From: a virus
Lineage: Duplodnaviria; Caudoviricetes
Reading direction: 5' to 3' (one strand)
DNA: 64,000 nt
Virus record (IMG/VR): IMGVR_UViG_3300015607_000582
Location: 32,001-96,000 of that record
Each line of letters begins with the position of its first letter. The stretch's first letter is position 1. Position numbers and translations under genes: made by a program. This document shows positions 19,075-31,483 of the stretch, one piece after another. The notes under the pieces were generated by a model. The model ran no database searches. It worked only from the letters and a program-made list of their open reading frames with translations, and was not told the origin of the DNA.

Positions 19075-19473
19075 TCAGGCCGCCCGGCTGCCCGAGTGAT
19101 AGCTGCGCAGCAGCTCTTCGAGGAAGGCGATCTCGCGCTTCTCCTCGGCGATGCGGCGCTCGATGAACTGCTCCATCGTCTCACCCGGCTCCTGCTGCTT
19201 GTTCTGGCGGGGCGGCTGCATCTGCGCTGCTTCCCGCTGGCGACGATTCCACTCGTTCACCGGGAGACCGGCGGCGCGTACGGCGGCGTTCCATGAGCCG
19301 AACTCGCGGAGGTAGAACCACTTGCCGTAGAGGCCGTATCGCTTCTTGTCCGCGTCGATGCTGATGGGCGTCTCGCCCTTCTGCTTCGCCGCCTTGAGCA
19401 GGCTCTCGATCAGAGCCTCCTTCGACACTTCGACGCGAACGGGACGCGCCGTCTTGCGCTGGCGTGCTGCCAT
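19075..19473 (-). CDS. Homing-endonuclease-associated repeat DNA-binding protein
   Basis: LIESL...GETP...FGSWNAAVRAAGL motif; no nuclease domain seen. Confidence 0.75.
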   Translation of the reverse strand: MAARQRKTARPVRVEVSKEALIESLLKAAKQKGETPISIDADKKRYGLYGKWFYLREFGSWNAAVRAAGLPVNEWNRRQREAAQMQPPRQNKQQEPGETMEQFIERRIAEEKREIAFLEELLRSYHSGSRAA

Positions 19474-22196
19474 GTTGCTCGTGCTCCTTGTCTTCGACGC
19501 GGGGGTCCATTCCCACATCGCTTGGGTGTCAGTTCACATCGTAGGGTGTTCCCCAGCGCGCGAAAAGACAACATGCAGACTCGTGCAGGCGAATAGCTTC
19601 GATAGTCGAAGGCTATGGCAGGTTCGGAGACGATTAGGGGCCGCCCCGCAGGACGGCCCCTCGTCACTTCGATTGGGGAGGGCTCCTGCCCCTTCACCCT
19701 CCCCATCGCGGCCCAATGTCGGTCTAGCCTTTCGGCAGCAAGCCCGCTCGTGCGGACAATATCAGGGGCACCGCGAATCGCCTCAGATGACTGGCACAGC
19801 GCCAGCGGCGCGAGCCCGCACATCGGCGAACGTCGTCTCGTTCTTCAACTCGCCGTTCTCGAACACGACCTGCAGAACGTCACGCGCCTCGGCCGCCCGC
19901 ACGAAGTTGTCGCGCGAGTTGTCGCCGGACTTGTAGAGGTCAAGCACCTTCATGATGTACTTGAGGTCGACGTAGAGCTGATCGAGCGCCTCACCCTTGG
20001 CCGTGTACGCCTCCATGTCCGCGCGAAAGCGGAGCACGGCCTTGGCCACGTCCTCGTACCCCTCGCCTTCGAGGTCGACGGCGATGTTGCGCAGCTCGAC
20101 CACTCCACATGCACGCCCCGCATAGTCTGCGGCATCGTGGTGATGCTGGTACCCGTAGTGGCCACCGCTCATCGGTTCCACCACATCTTTCGCTGCTTGC
20201 GCTCGGGCGTCTTGCGAGCCGGGCGATCTCGCGGGTCGATGACCTCGCCCGTGCCCTCACACCGGGCACACACGACGTAGTCGTAGCCGTGCTGTCCAAA
20301 CTCTCCGTACAACTCCTTGTAGATGCCCTTGCCGTGGCAGTTGGCGCACGGCAGTGTGCGCTGCAGGGGCTTGAAGACATCGCAGTAGATCGGATGATTG
20401 CCGTCGGTGCTACCGCAGGTGCAGGGGTTGTGCTGCTTGTTGTCAGTCATCGCTGCGTCTCCTCGCAGTATCGTCGGTGCGCCTTGTCACACGACAGATG
20501 GATCTCACGCGCGATGCGAGAGCACTCGTTCACCTCACCGTTGGTCGGGTATCGCTCACCAGCCATGCGCTCCAGCCTGCTTGCCAGTTTGTGCATGAGG
20601 TGGAGGTTAGACGCCACCTCTTCGTAGAAGGCTTCGCCCGCCTCGGCCATGACGGCTACCTCCATGCGGAGGTCTGGGTCAGTCATCGTAGTATCCTTCC
20701 TGTCAGCGCATCGCGGACCTGTCCGCAGAACATGCAGATGATGTAGGGGTCGTCACCATCGAACTTCCACGAGTGCTTGGGTCCATCGACGCGCTTCGAC
20801 TTGGGGCAGGTGTCGGCGTGCTTCGGGACATAGCCCTTGCATGAACAACCCCGCGTATAGCACCACGTTCGCTTGCCGCGCTCATCGTAATCCTTGGGAT
20901 CGAGGGGTGGATCTTCAGCGTGTTCATGCGCAGCGCATCCACAGACACAATACGGCTCGCCCATCACACGTCCCCCGGATCGGTGAAGGTGTACTCGACG
21001 TTCTTCCCGCACTGGTTGCACACGAAGGTACCGGGGTCAACATCATCGTGAGCGCAGGTGATTGCTTGCCACTTCTTCACGACACGCCTGCGGATCGTCT
21101 TGCCCACGCCTGCGTCGGCGGGCGGATCTGGCTCGGGCGGGATGGTGTTGGGGCTCATGTCAGCCACGCAGTCAGGGATACAGTGAATGGCTCTCCGTCA
21201 GCGTCCTCTGCGGCTGCCTCGATCAACTTCTCCATCATCTCGACGGCCTCCCGTCGGCCCATTCGCGAACGCACGGGGAAGAATGCAGCCTTCCCGTCAT
21301 AGCGAGAGATACGGTAGTTGTCGCCCTCCATCGTGGCGTAGTAGATACGGTCGCTCATGCGTCGCCTTCCATGTCGAATGGCTGCTTGCCCGACCCGCGA
21401 CAGTGTTCGCACTTGGGCCAGTTGATCCATTCCATCTCGCACTCGTAGCAGAGCTTCAACTGCACTGGACCCAGTAGGCCCAAGTGAGTCCTAGCGGGGC
21501 GCTGCTCACATCGAGAGCAAGGGGTGATACCCGCCTCGCGCATCTTGTCGGCCACGCTCATGCGTCCCCCTGCTTGAGCATCTTGAGGCCCGCCTCGAAG
21601 AACTCGATGGCGTCCTGTCGGTTGAAGTGGCGAGCGTGCTGGCCGTCGATGGTCAGCGTCACGTCTCGATGCCAGCCCTCGCGGTTGGTGAGAGAGATCC
21701 AGTGCTGGCGAGCGCCTCGTTCGATACGCTCCATCATCGTCACACGCCTAATCGGACGTACAGCCTCCTCGATGATGACGAAGCTGTCGATGTTCGACAC
21801 CCTCCGCTGCGCACGCTCTCGGGCGGCCTCATCCTCTGCGTTCTCGAAGTAGGTCATTCTCGTGGTCCTCATGATCTTGTGATTGACGATGCGGTCGGCC
21901 TCGCGGAAGTCGAGGAGATCGCACCGATAGCTATGGAACTGACCGTCGCACCACTTGCACAAGTGATCCATCACTCGTCCGCGCTCCATGCTCCGGTGGC
22001 TACACCCATCTGGTCGAACAGGTCGGTCGCCATGACCTCGCTCATGCGGAACTCGTAGCGGGCTGATGCCCCGACCCTGCCGAGGGGAGCTGCCCGCTCG
22101 ACCTCGACGATGAGCACGACGCTATCGTTGTCTCGCACAGGGTCGATGCGACTGGGACTGATGGCGTGGGGGAACTGGGGGTCAGTCATGGCTGTG

Positions 22197-22222
22197 ATCC
22201 TACCTCGGGTGTCGGACGAAGC
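22197..22222 (-). promoter_or_regulatory. Class II promoter variant GCTTCGTCCG-N10-TAGGAT
   Basis: ATG 7 nt downstream (22189), leaderless. Confidence 0.7.
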
Positions 22223-25200
22223 CGAACCTGCTCGTGCATCTTGTGCAGGATCGCCTCTGCGATGTGGGGCGGGTATCGGTCGAAGGCTCGGCCCATCTCC
22301 TCGGCCACGGCATCAACAAGCAGTCTGACTGCCGGATTCTCCACGAGGTCGTGGGCGTTGAGGAGACGCTGACCCTTCTCGGTGATCTCGATGTCCATGC
22401 GGCAGCCGCACATGCAGCCGGTGATGAGGCCGCGCCGCTCCAACTTGTCGAGCTTGGCGACCACGACCTTCCACGGCAGGTGGCTCCATGGGCCGTCCTC
22501 GAAGTCCCACGAGAACACCCAGCGAGGGAGCGAGTGGGCGACCCAGCCTCCGGGCGTCTTCTCCTCCATGCTCCTCTCCTTGATGAAGCGCATGATGTCG
22601 ATGTCGGGGATGTCGGCCGCCTTGACCTTGCGGCGCTCGCTGACGAGCCACAGCTCGTTGACGTTTCCGTTGACCCAGCGGCTCATGCCGATCACCAGTC
22701 CCAGAGGTGGGGCTCGGGCTCGATGCCAAACTCTCGCATCGCTCGCTTGCGTACGGCGTTGTCGCGTCCGCTCATCCACCGCTTGACCATGATCGTCATA
22801 GGTTCACCATCTACGATCCACTCCGGTTCGACCGGCCTGCTCTTGTAGAGCGGCTCGCCGATCTCGTTCATCACGCGCTGCATACCGGGGTACTCGCCCC
22901 GCTCGTGGATCGCCTTGACGGCCGCCCTGATCTTGAGGGCCTTGGGCGACTCGTGGTTGACCTTGGAGCGCCAGTGACTCGGAGTGTCGAACAGGCTCAT
23001 GCCTCGATCCCCTTCTGGTCGCGCAGGCAGCGGATGACTTCGGTGCGAGCCGTCCAGCCCGCCTTGTCGGCAGGGCGGCGCGTCAGGGCATCGACGACGG
23101 ATCGGCACTCGTCGGGCGTCAGGGCGATCAGGACGTGGTCGCCCCGCTCCTTGTCGGTGAGATCCCAGACGTCAGTCATGGACTGCTGCCTCCACTGCAT
23201 CGGGGTAGACCAACTTGACCCCGGCAGGCAGGGCGAACGGCATGGGCACGACGACGAGGCATCCGTCCATCTTGCGCACCATCGCGGGCGGCGCGATGTA
23301 GCCCACGGTGCCATCGCTCTTGCGAATGCCAAGCAGTGGCATAGGCACTTGCTCGTAGCCGTCGCTCGGGAGTACGTCGGGCTTGCGGTGACTCAGTTCG
23401 CGCGTGACGTGAAATGGGATGTCAGTCACTTGCCCTCCTCCGGCAGCGCGATGAACTCGGGAGCCTCGCCGACTGGCCCGCCGATGATGGCGTTGCCCGA
23501 GAGCGACGCGAGCCACTCGCCGAACATGATGGACACCTCGGTGGTGTCGCCCTCGGCCTGTCGCCTGTCGACGTAGTCGTCGAAGTCAGCGAAACTGGTC
23601 ACAGCTCCACCGCCTTGTAGTCCCAGTCGCGCGACATCGCAGGCTGTTTTGCGGCTGCGGAACTCGTCGGGGTCGATGCCGTGTGGGATTGGTACGTGGC
23701 GTTGTTGTGATGCTGACCATTGGGTGTGGTGACCGTTACAGTGGTCGTTATCGGGGTTAGTGATGCGTGTGCTAGTCATTGTTCTTCTCCCGCCACGCAA
23801 TGGCAGCTTCAATGCGATCGGCAAGCGGCCCACAGTCACCACCCCGCTCAATGAACGAATGGGTTTCCCGCAGCAACTCCCACGGGTCGGGCGCAAGCGC
23901 AGCGTCGAGGGCGTCGATCGCGTTGACCAGATCATCGGTCTCGTCGTAGTCGTCTTCGGATTGTCGCCATGCTCGTGCTGCGTCGATGACACGCTGCCGC
24001 AACTCATCAATGTCAGTCATGCCTCCGCTACCTCCAACTCGCGTTGCCACTGACGCGTCACCACGCCACCTTCATCCTCGGACGCCTCACGCCCAGCCTC
24101 GGCGAACAGAAACGTGTCCTGCTCGTCCTCGCCCGTGATGATGACGGAGACGGACAGCGCCGAGTGACCCCATGTGTCGGGGTCGCGCAGCATGTTTCGC
24201 AGCTCGGGTGGCATGTAGTTGAACGCCGCTGCCCACACGTCGACGACAAAGTGCTGCGTGCCGCCAGCGCCATTCATGTCGATGGGCAGGAGCTGCGCCT
24301 TGCGCGTGTCGTTCTCCATCAGCCAGTGATTGAGCTTGGCGATGGCCGGGCGATGCGCGCCCATGACGACGACTTCGGTGGTGTAGCTCACTGGTTCAGC
24401 CCCATGATCTCGCGCCGCAGTTCGCGGTACGTGTACAGCACGCTATCGGGGTGAAGATCCTCGACGTGATGCGTGAGCGCCTTGTTCGCGACCCAGATGC
24501 GCTCCTGCCCGTGGGGCATCATCCGCGCCGTGATCTCGATGACATCGTGGTAGCGACGCTCGACGTAGGTGATGGGCATGAGGCGATCCTGTCGCACTAC
24601 GATGGTGCGCGAGCCGCGCTGGTGGTCATGGTCCTCCCTGACGTCGTCGAGGCGCAGGACGACGTGAGCCATGTCGGTGAGCTGCTTCATGCGTCACCCC
24701 CTACAAGGATGTATGGGCGCATCTGCTCTGCGCTCACCCAGCGGCCTGCCCGACCATGCGCCGCCGAGTCGATAGCGTAGACGCAGTAGTGCCTGCCTCC
24801 CATGCGCTGCCTCGCGTCTTCGCTTGGGTTGTGGACGTCGACGCGACAGGGCACGTCCTTCCACTGCGGCCAGTTCTTGGGGATCGGCTGGTTGGACGCA
24901 TCGTCGTCGACGAGGACGTGCTGCCCCGTGACGAAGACGGGGTCGCCCTTGGAGAGCGCGACGTCCTGCTTGACCTCGACCGTCGTCGTGTCGCCCTCGT
25001 GGCTGACGCTGATCGTGGGCTCCATGACCTGCAGTCGCATCTCGGCGAAGAAGCGCAAGTTGTCGGCCGTCAGCTTGCCGTGACGCTGCAGTTCGTCGGC
25101 GAGGCGCAGGATGCGATGGCGCTCTGCGAGAACGAGCTGGTCGCCCAGTGGGGTGGTGTCGGTGTGCCCAGTCCCATGCACCGGGCATCCATCGTTGTGC

Positions 25201-25724
25201 CCCATCATCCCGTTGCGAGCTGGCCAGCGGCAGTCGGGTCGCGTGGTATCAGCATGCTCACTCATCGGTGCCTCCATTCAGGGCGCGGAAAGCAACCGCG
25301 TACTGCCATGTATGCGTATCGGTTTCATCGTCAGCGATTCGGCGCAGCGCGGCTCGATACCTGTCACGCTCGGCGTGCAGTTGTTCGACCGTCTCTCGCG
25401 ACAAGTGAAGCACGCCTGCCCCGAGTGACGTGCATACCTCGTACTCGGTGAGCCTTTCAACCTCGGCCCGCAACTCGTCACGCTCGGCACGCATTGGCTG
25501 TTCATCAGGGCTATGCCAATCCCCGCAGCACGTACACCACGGATGATCGTTCACGCTGTCACCGCTCATCGTGATTCCCCTTCGCGTTCTCTCGCTCTGC
25601 TGCCCGGTCAAGGCATCGGTTGAGTTCGTGCATGTAGGTCGGTTCGTAGGGCTGGCCACTGGCATCGGCCTGCTGATGGTGCTCGTCTTGCATCCTTGAG
25701 CTTGTCGATGTCAGTCATGCCCCT

Positions 25725-25750
25725 ACCCTACCGATGGGCTCGGACGAACC
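25725..25750 (-). promoter_or_regulatory. Class II promoter GGTTCGTCCG-N10-TAGGGT
   Basis: ATG 6 nt downstream (25718). Confidence 0.8.
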
Positions 25751-25920
25751 TGCCAGCTCGAACGCCATCTCGTTGAACTGGGCGGCGAGCGTCTCCATGT
25801 TCGCCCGGCGACCCTCGGTCGTGGTCGTGGCGATCCATCGGCCGTCCGCATCGACGAGGACGAAGATGCCGTTCTGCCACTTGCCGTTGCGCTGGACGAC
25901 CGAGAGGGGTGCGCGGTAGC

Positions 25921-26757
25921 TCACGACGCCTCCAGTGCTTCGAGGACGTTGTGCCATGTGCCGAAGCGCAGGCGGATAGTGGCGGGGACGGGCTCGCCCT
26001 CGGCGCGGTGCAGCTCGTACTGGTCGATGGAGGGCAGGCGGCCCTCGCAGTGCTCGACCTGCACGCGGCGGACGGCGGCGAGGATGTCCTCGTCGCTGTA
26101 CTTGGGGACGCCGAAGCCCTCGGGCGAGTCCTTGGTCGTCAGGCCCGCGAGCGACAGCGCCCGGTTCCACGAGCCGAACCGCTTGGTGATGGTCAACTCG
26201 CCGGGGCCACCGTGCTGCTTGCGCCACTGGACGTACCGCTTGACCGACAGGTGCTTGCCGTCGAGGTCCGCGTGTGCGGTGAGCAGGGTGGAGAGCAGGT
26301 CGTCGTCGGTGTGCCGCTGCGCCTTGCCCGCCCGGCGCATCGACTTGTGCCGACAGGCTTCGAGCCGGGAGATGTCGTCACGCAGTGCGTCGACCAAGGC
26401 CGGGTAGCTGATGCCCACGCGCTTGGCGATGGAGCGCATGTCTTCGCCCGCCCGGTACGCCTCCAGTGCGCCCTCGCGGATGCTCTCGATGTACTCCTGC
26501 CTGCGGGCGTTGCGGATGGACTGACCATGGCGCGCGGTCACGCCCTCCATGTTGAGGATCTGGCGCACGCGCTCACGGGTGACGCTGAACGCCGCCCCGG
26601 TCTCTTCGAGCGTGTGGCCGTCGAGGTAGTAGGCAACGACCTTCTGGCGGTGCTCGGCCGCCTGCTGCTGCCGTGCCGTGCGTGCCCGCTCGCGGGCTGC
26701 GTCGGTGCGCTCCTTCATGGCCTGCCGCTCCTGCATGCGCCTCTCTGCCTGCTTCAT
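25921..26757 (-). CDS. DNA-binding protein: sigma70 region 4-like HTH plus two HNH-associated repeats
   Basis: GHTLEETGAAFSVTRERVRQI; RFGSWNRALSLAGL; RFGTWHNVLEAL. Confidence 0.8.
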   Translation of the reverse strand: MKQAERRMQERQAMKERTDAARERARTARQQQAAEHRQKVVAYYLDGHTLEETGAAFSVTRERVRQILNMEGVTARHGQSIRNARRQEYIESIREGALEAYRAGEDMRSIAKRVGISYPALVDALRDDISRLEACRHKSMRRAGKAQRHTDDDLLSTLLTAHADLDGKHLSVKRYVQWRKQHGGPGELTITKRFGSWNRALSLAGLTTKDSPEGFGVPKYSDEDILAAVRRVQVEHCEGRLPSIDQYELHRAEGEPVPATIRLRFGTWHNVLEALEAS

Positions 26758-28119
26758 GATGGACTCTCCTCGATCTCCACTTCGACGCTCAGGGCGTCGC
26801 GTGCTGCGACCAGCCTGTCGAGCAGGTCGCGCTGCTCACTGTACATTGACCAATCGGGACGGTCAACGTCGGTGGGCACACCATGGACGACATCAAGCGC
26901 CCACGCCTCGTCGACGCGCACGCGCTGGGCGGCGATGAGGTTGTTCAGGTCCACGGCCGTCAGTCGCACCACGCACCCCCGTGGATGTGGTCGTACGCCT
27001 CGGTGGCCGTCACCTCGCCGCAGTCGTCGCAGTAGACGACGTCGTCGCGGCCGAGGCCGGGGAAGTAGCAGCCGTCGACGTCCGCCTCGGGCTCGGGTGC
27101 CATGCCGACGACGCCCTCGGCCTTGAGCGGGCGCTGCTTGCAGTGGGGGCAGGTGACGTCAGGCATCGGACGCCTCCTCGCCCCTCCAGAGGCCGTCGCG
27201 CCACACGTAGCCCCACTCGGCCATCTCGACATGGTCTGGGTCATCGCAGCGGCAGGAGCCGTCCTCGCGGTAGTGGTCGGGCATGAAGATGACGTGGGGG
27301 CAGGCCGCGATGCTGGAGCGCGAGATGCTGCGCTCGTTGGCCACGGTGCCGTCCTCGTTGATCGTGCCGAACTTGATGTCGTCCATGGTGTGCCGTCTCC
27401 CTCGGGTCAGTGGTTGGCCAGCAGCTCGCGGAGCCGCTCGATGGTCAGGTCGTCGGTGTGGTCGTTGAGCCGGGCGGCCATGCGCTCGGCCTTGCGCATG
27501 GCGCTCTGGGCGGCGAAGGGCGGCTGCGTGCTCCACTGGTACGAGGAGGCGAGGCCGCCCGTGTCGTAGTCCTTGTCGGACGGGATGTCCTTGGCGACGG
27601 TGTGGATGAAGATCGGGCCGTTGCCCCACGAGTCGACCTTGGGGCGCTCGGCGTCGACCTTCTCGATGTAGACGGCCCAGTCGCCGCCCTCGCGGTGCGG
27701 TGCCGCCATGCGAGCGTGGTAGCTGATGGGCGAGTAGGGCACGTCGGTCAGCTCCCAGTCGAGCCGCATGCCCGCCTCGCTCCAGTAGCGCATGATGGAC
27801 TTGAGCAGGCGACTCGGGCGGTCGAGCTTGACGCTCCAGCGGAAGTCGCCGTCGCCGAGGTACGTGCCCGCGTCGATGACGGTGCCGTACTCGCCCGTGT
27901 TGACGTTCCTGACGCGCGATCCAGTGACAACGGTCATGCCTGCACCTCCGTGGGCACGTCGAGGGTCTCCAGCGCGAGCGCGAGGCGGTCGCGGAGCTGC
28001 TTGCAGGGGTACCAGCGGGAGTCGATCTCCCCGCCCGCGTTGATGGCCCACAGCTTGTCGCCGTGCGTGTCGAGGGCGTCGATGATGGTGGCGAGGTCTG
28101 CTGCGTTGAGCTTGAGCAT
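26754..28119 (-). other. Five small ORFs (26754-26972, 26960-27166, 27159-27386, 27407-27937, 27934-28119)
   Basis: Gene chain below the class I promoter at 28162. Confidence 0.55.
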
Positions 28120-28161
28120 TGGTCTGGTCTCCGTTCGAGCTGGACTGGCCTTGCACCAATC

Positions 28162-28194
28162 ACTCTACCGGATCATCGTACCCCATGCAACCCC
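28162..28194 (-). promoter_or_regulatory. Class I (early-like, sigma70-type) promoter TTGCAT-N17-TAGAGT
   Basis: Repeat-family member, followed by AACGGAG leader. Confidence 0.7.
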
Positions 28195-28224
28195 TGTTGC
28201 AAACATCGTTGATGCACCGCCGCA

Positions 28225-29771
28225 TCACTGGGGGCGATGAAGCCCCTTCGACCACCGCTGGTCGAGCTTGAGGGCCAGACCCGCCAGCGTCTTGCCGACG
28301 GCGTCGTCCCCCGCCTTGCTCGCAATGCGGGCGAGGTCTTCGAGGATGGCCTTGCGCTCCTGCGCCTGCCCGTTGGCGTAGGCGAGGTCGTGCCCCGAGG
28401 GCATGGGCTTGGCGCTGTCCATCTCACGTACGCGCAGGAGGGCGGCCGTCACCTCGTCGGTCACGTCCTCGTACTCCTCGACGCCGGGCGTGTCGCGCCA
28501 GTAGCGAACCTCAGACATGGGTGGCCTTCCTCAGCTCAGCCACGAGCTTGGCCAGTGCGCCGCCGTCGTTGACCGCCATGGCGTAGCCCTCCAGCTTGGC
28601 GAACAGGATGCCCTTGGTGCTGGAGTCGAGCTTGGCCGCCTCGCGGTTGGCTGCAGCGACGCGATCCGCTTCGGCCTTCGCCTTGCGCTTATTCTGGTAG
28701 TAGGGCGACTTGAGCCGCTTGACTGCGCCTGCCTTGCGCTTGGCTGCCATGCACGAGTCGCAGACGGACATCGGCGTCTTCCAGCGCGGGTGCAGCTCGA
28801 AGCGGTCGAGCATCTTGGTCTTCCCGCATGCGCTGCATGTGCGGCTGCCCGTCGCTACCTGCGCGAGCTTGGTCGTTGCTGCGTTCACTTGCCTGCTCCG
28901 TTGTGATGGTGGTTCATGTAGCTCGCCATGATGATGGCACGACGGCGAGCCTTGATGCGTCGGCGCTCCATCTCCTCGTCGGAGAGGGGCTGGGTGGATG
29001 AGCCGTGGGGGTTGGCCGCCTGCCATGGCTGCACTGGCGTGCTGGTGGTGTGACCGTGTGGACTGGCGTGCGTGGTCGGGGGCTTGGGCCTGCGCGTGAC
29101 GGCGAAGCCGATCAGGTAGAGCGGCGCGTACAGCAGCGAGCCGTAGAAGGCCGTCGCCAGCACGGTGACCAGCAGCGTGGGCAGTGCGCCCATGGCGCTG
29201 CCGTACTCGCCCCATGCCCAGAGGAAGAACAGGCCGACCACCGAGTAGGGCGGCACGGCCAGCACGTATGGCCAGACGGGCTTGTCCATGGTCAGCCGTC
29301 CCATTCGTCGTCGTAGGTGAACGGGGCCATCGTCTCGACATTGCCACGCTGGTCGAGCACGACGGTCGTGCCGTCATCGCTCAGGCTGATGACTGCCTGC
29401 CGCTGGTAGCTCGGGTGGAGCTTGAGCTGCTTCATGCCATGGACGAGCATCTTGGTGGACAGGGGAGCCGGTGCGGGGTTGGCCAGTGAGCCGCCGGGCT
29501 TGAGCATGGCGAGCTGCTGTGCGTTCCAGTAGTACCAGACGGCGAGGTTGCGCTCGTCGTCGGTGTGGGCCGCCTGTCGCATCGCTGCTTCGAGTGCTGC
29601 TGCCGCCACGTCGCCGTCGGTCTCGAACTCGTCGAAGATGAGCAGGACGCCGGGCTGTGGCTGGTGCAGGTCGTCGAGCGTGAGCCCCGCCTTGAGCTGA
29701 TCCTCCAGCATCACGATGGTCGCCGACTCCAACTCGGGCGAGTACGCCGTCGTCCTCAGTGCCTTCGTCAT
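28225..29771 (-). other. Four ORFs (28225-28518, 28511-28888 Zn-finger, 28885-29290 two-TM, 29292-29771)
   Basis: CSAC...CDSC in 28511-28888; AACGGAG RBS before 28888 and 29771. Confidence 0.6.
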
Positions 29772-29856
29772 GTCGTGCGCTCCGTTTCGGTGTCGCGTTG
29801 CTGATGACTTGCGTGTGCAGTCTGACCGATCATGCTCTCCTTACACGCGCGAAGGG

Positions 29857-30708
29857 TCAAGTGCTCTCGGGGCTGGCCTCGATCAACGGCATGTTGGCCG
29901 CTTCGAGCTGGATGCCGGACTGCTGCGCCATGAGCACCATGCCCTCGACGTCTGCCCGTGCCTTGGTGACCACGTTCTCGACGTGCTTGGTCAGGGACTT
30001 GGCCGCGTGCTCCGTGTTGGCCGGGGCGTTGCCCATGCGGTTCTGGAGCTTGCGGAGCTTCTCGCCCATCACCTTGCGTCCCGCCTTGTCGTCGAACGCC
30101 TGCTGCAGCTCATCGTATGCCTGCTGGATCTCGTCCAGTGCGTGGGTGGCCGCCTGCTTGACCTCGGCGTGGGATTCGCTGAGCCGACCGGCGAACGGAG
30201 ACTGGGGCGTCTGGCCGTCAGGCAGGTCGCAGGAGCGGAACCACGAGAGCGTGGCCGGAACCCCCGTGCCGTTGCCGAAGCTGGAGACGAACGCGCCCCA
30301 CTGGGCCTCGCTCATGTCGAACTCCATGAGCTGCCGAACGGCGTGGTGCCAGTCGTGGTTCAGGTCGCGCTTGCGACTGCCCTGCGAGATCGTGACGCGG
30401 ATGAAGTGCTGGTGACGGATCTCGCTGTCGAACAGGGCACGACCGGGCGGGCCGCTGCGCACGCGGTTGGCCCGAACGAGCAGCCAGCTCTCGTGCTCCT
30501 CCTCGCCGTGCTCGTTGATGCGGATCTCGGTGATGGGGTTGAGCCGCGCACGGAAGTCTCCCTGCCACTCCTCGCCATCCATGGAGCGATGGGTCGTGTG
30601 GGTCGCGCCATGCAGCACGCAGGTGGACTGGGCACGGATCGGGCTGGGCGGCACTGCGCCGCAACGTGAACTGGTCATCGTGATCTCCTTCTTGGCGCTC
30701 AGCGCCAC
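29857..30708 (-). CDS. Conserved phage hypothetical protein (MSEAQWGAFVSSFGNGTGVPATL)
   Basis: Recognisable widespread phage motif; LFDSEIRHQH. Confidence 0.75.
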   Translation of the reverse strand: MALSAKKEITMTSSRCGAVPPSPIRAQSTCVLHGATHTTHRSMDGEEWQGDFRARLNPITEIRINEHGEEEHESWLLVRANRVRSGPPGRALFDSEIRHQHFIRVTISQGSRKRDLNHDWHHAVRQLMEFDMSEAQWGAFVSSFGNGTGVPATLSWFRSCDLPDGQTPQSPFAGRLSESHAEVKQAATHALDEIQQAYDELQQAFDDKAGRKVMGEKLRKLQNRMGNAPANTEHAAKSLTKHVENVVTKARADVEGMVLMAQQSGIQLEAANMPLIEASPEST

Positions 30709-31256
30709 GCCATGCGGTTGTAGTCGAAGTCGGGAAGCTGCCAGTCGCCGAGCAGCACCGCGCTGGTGCGCAGGCGTTCGGCGCGCTTCTCGGCCCTGAA
30801 CTCGTCAGGCAGCCACACGACGTTGAAGCCCGCGTAGTTCTTGATCTGGACGCCCCAGCCGCCGCGTGCTTCGACCCCGACGAGCACGCGGTCGCCATCC
30901 TCGTCCTCCGGCGCGAGCGAGACCATCGTCGGCCCCGAGAGGTAGCCGCTGCGATCATGGATCGTCCAGCCGTAGCGGGTCGGGGCCGCGAGCTGGAGGA
31001 TGGAGCGGATGCCGCCTGCCTGCAGCGCGAAGGCCATGCCGGGCTCCTTGCGCGGAGCGTGCAGCCATGGGCACGAGAGGGTGTCGAGCACTGCGCGCGA
31101 CTCACGCTCGCGAATCGCCTTCTGGATCTGGCCGATCTGCTGCTGGCGATCCTTGGACGCTGCGTCCAGTGCGGCGCGCTCCTCCTTGAGCGTGGCGATG
31201 CGCTGCTCGTCGCTCTGCATCGAGGCGAGCACGTCGTTGATGAGGGTGTCTGACAT
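30699..31256 (-). CDS. Hypothetical protein with N-terminal coiled coil
   Basis: 185-aa GC3-biased ORF. Confidence 0.65.
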   Translation of the reverse strand: MSDTLINDVLASMQSDEQRIATLKEERAALDAASKDRQQQIGQIQKAIRERESRAVLDTLSCPWLHAPRKEPGMAFALQAGGIRSILQLAAPTRYGWTIHDRSGYLSGPTMVSLAPEDEDGDRVLVGVEARGGWGVQIKNYAGFNVVWLPDEFRAEKRAERLRTSAVLLGDWQLPDFDYNRMAWR

Positions 31257-31483
31257 GTCCGTTCAGTCCTTGTCGTATGCGGGGTCGTCGTCGTAGGTGG
31301 TCTGCCAAGTGTCGTCGTCCGGGCCGTACTTCTCGTGGACGACGCCGTCGCCGTGGATGTGCCGGTAGGCGCTGCCCGCCGTGCCGAACAGGATCACCTT
31401 GCCGGTCTTGCCAGTGGCGAGGCTGTCGAGCTTGCCGTCGTAGCGACGGGGCTGGGCGACGTAGCCGAGGAAGGTCTTGGTGG

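Larger units (their letters stand above)
19783..25924 (-). other. Accessory array of ~20 small overlapping ORFs (60-200 aa), many Cys-rich
   Basis: Chain including 19783-20172, 20169-20450, 20447-20686, 20683-20964, 21355-21561, 21971-22189, 22186-22686, 23772-24020, 24017-24391, 24388-24690, 24687-25265. Patches of visibly higher A/T content. Confidence 0.6.

Noticed and set aside
19075-26757. Mobile homing endonucleases
   Set aside because: Only HNH-associated repeat and HTH segments are visible, with no HNH, GIY-YIG or LAGLIDADG catalytic motif.
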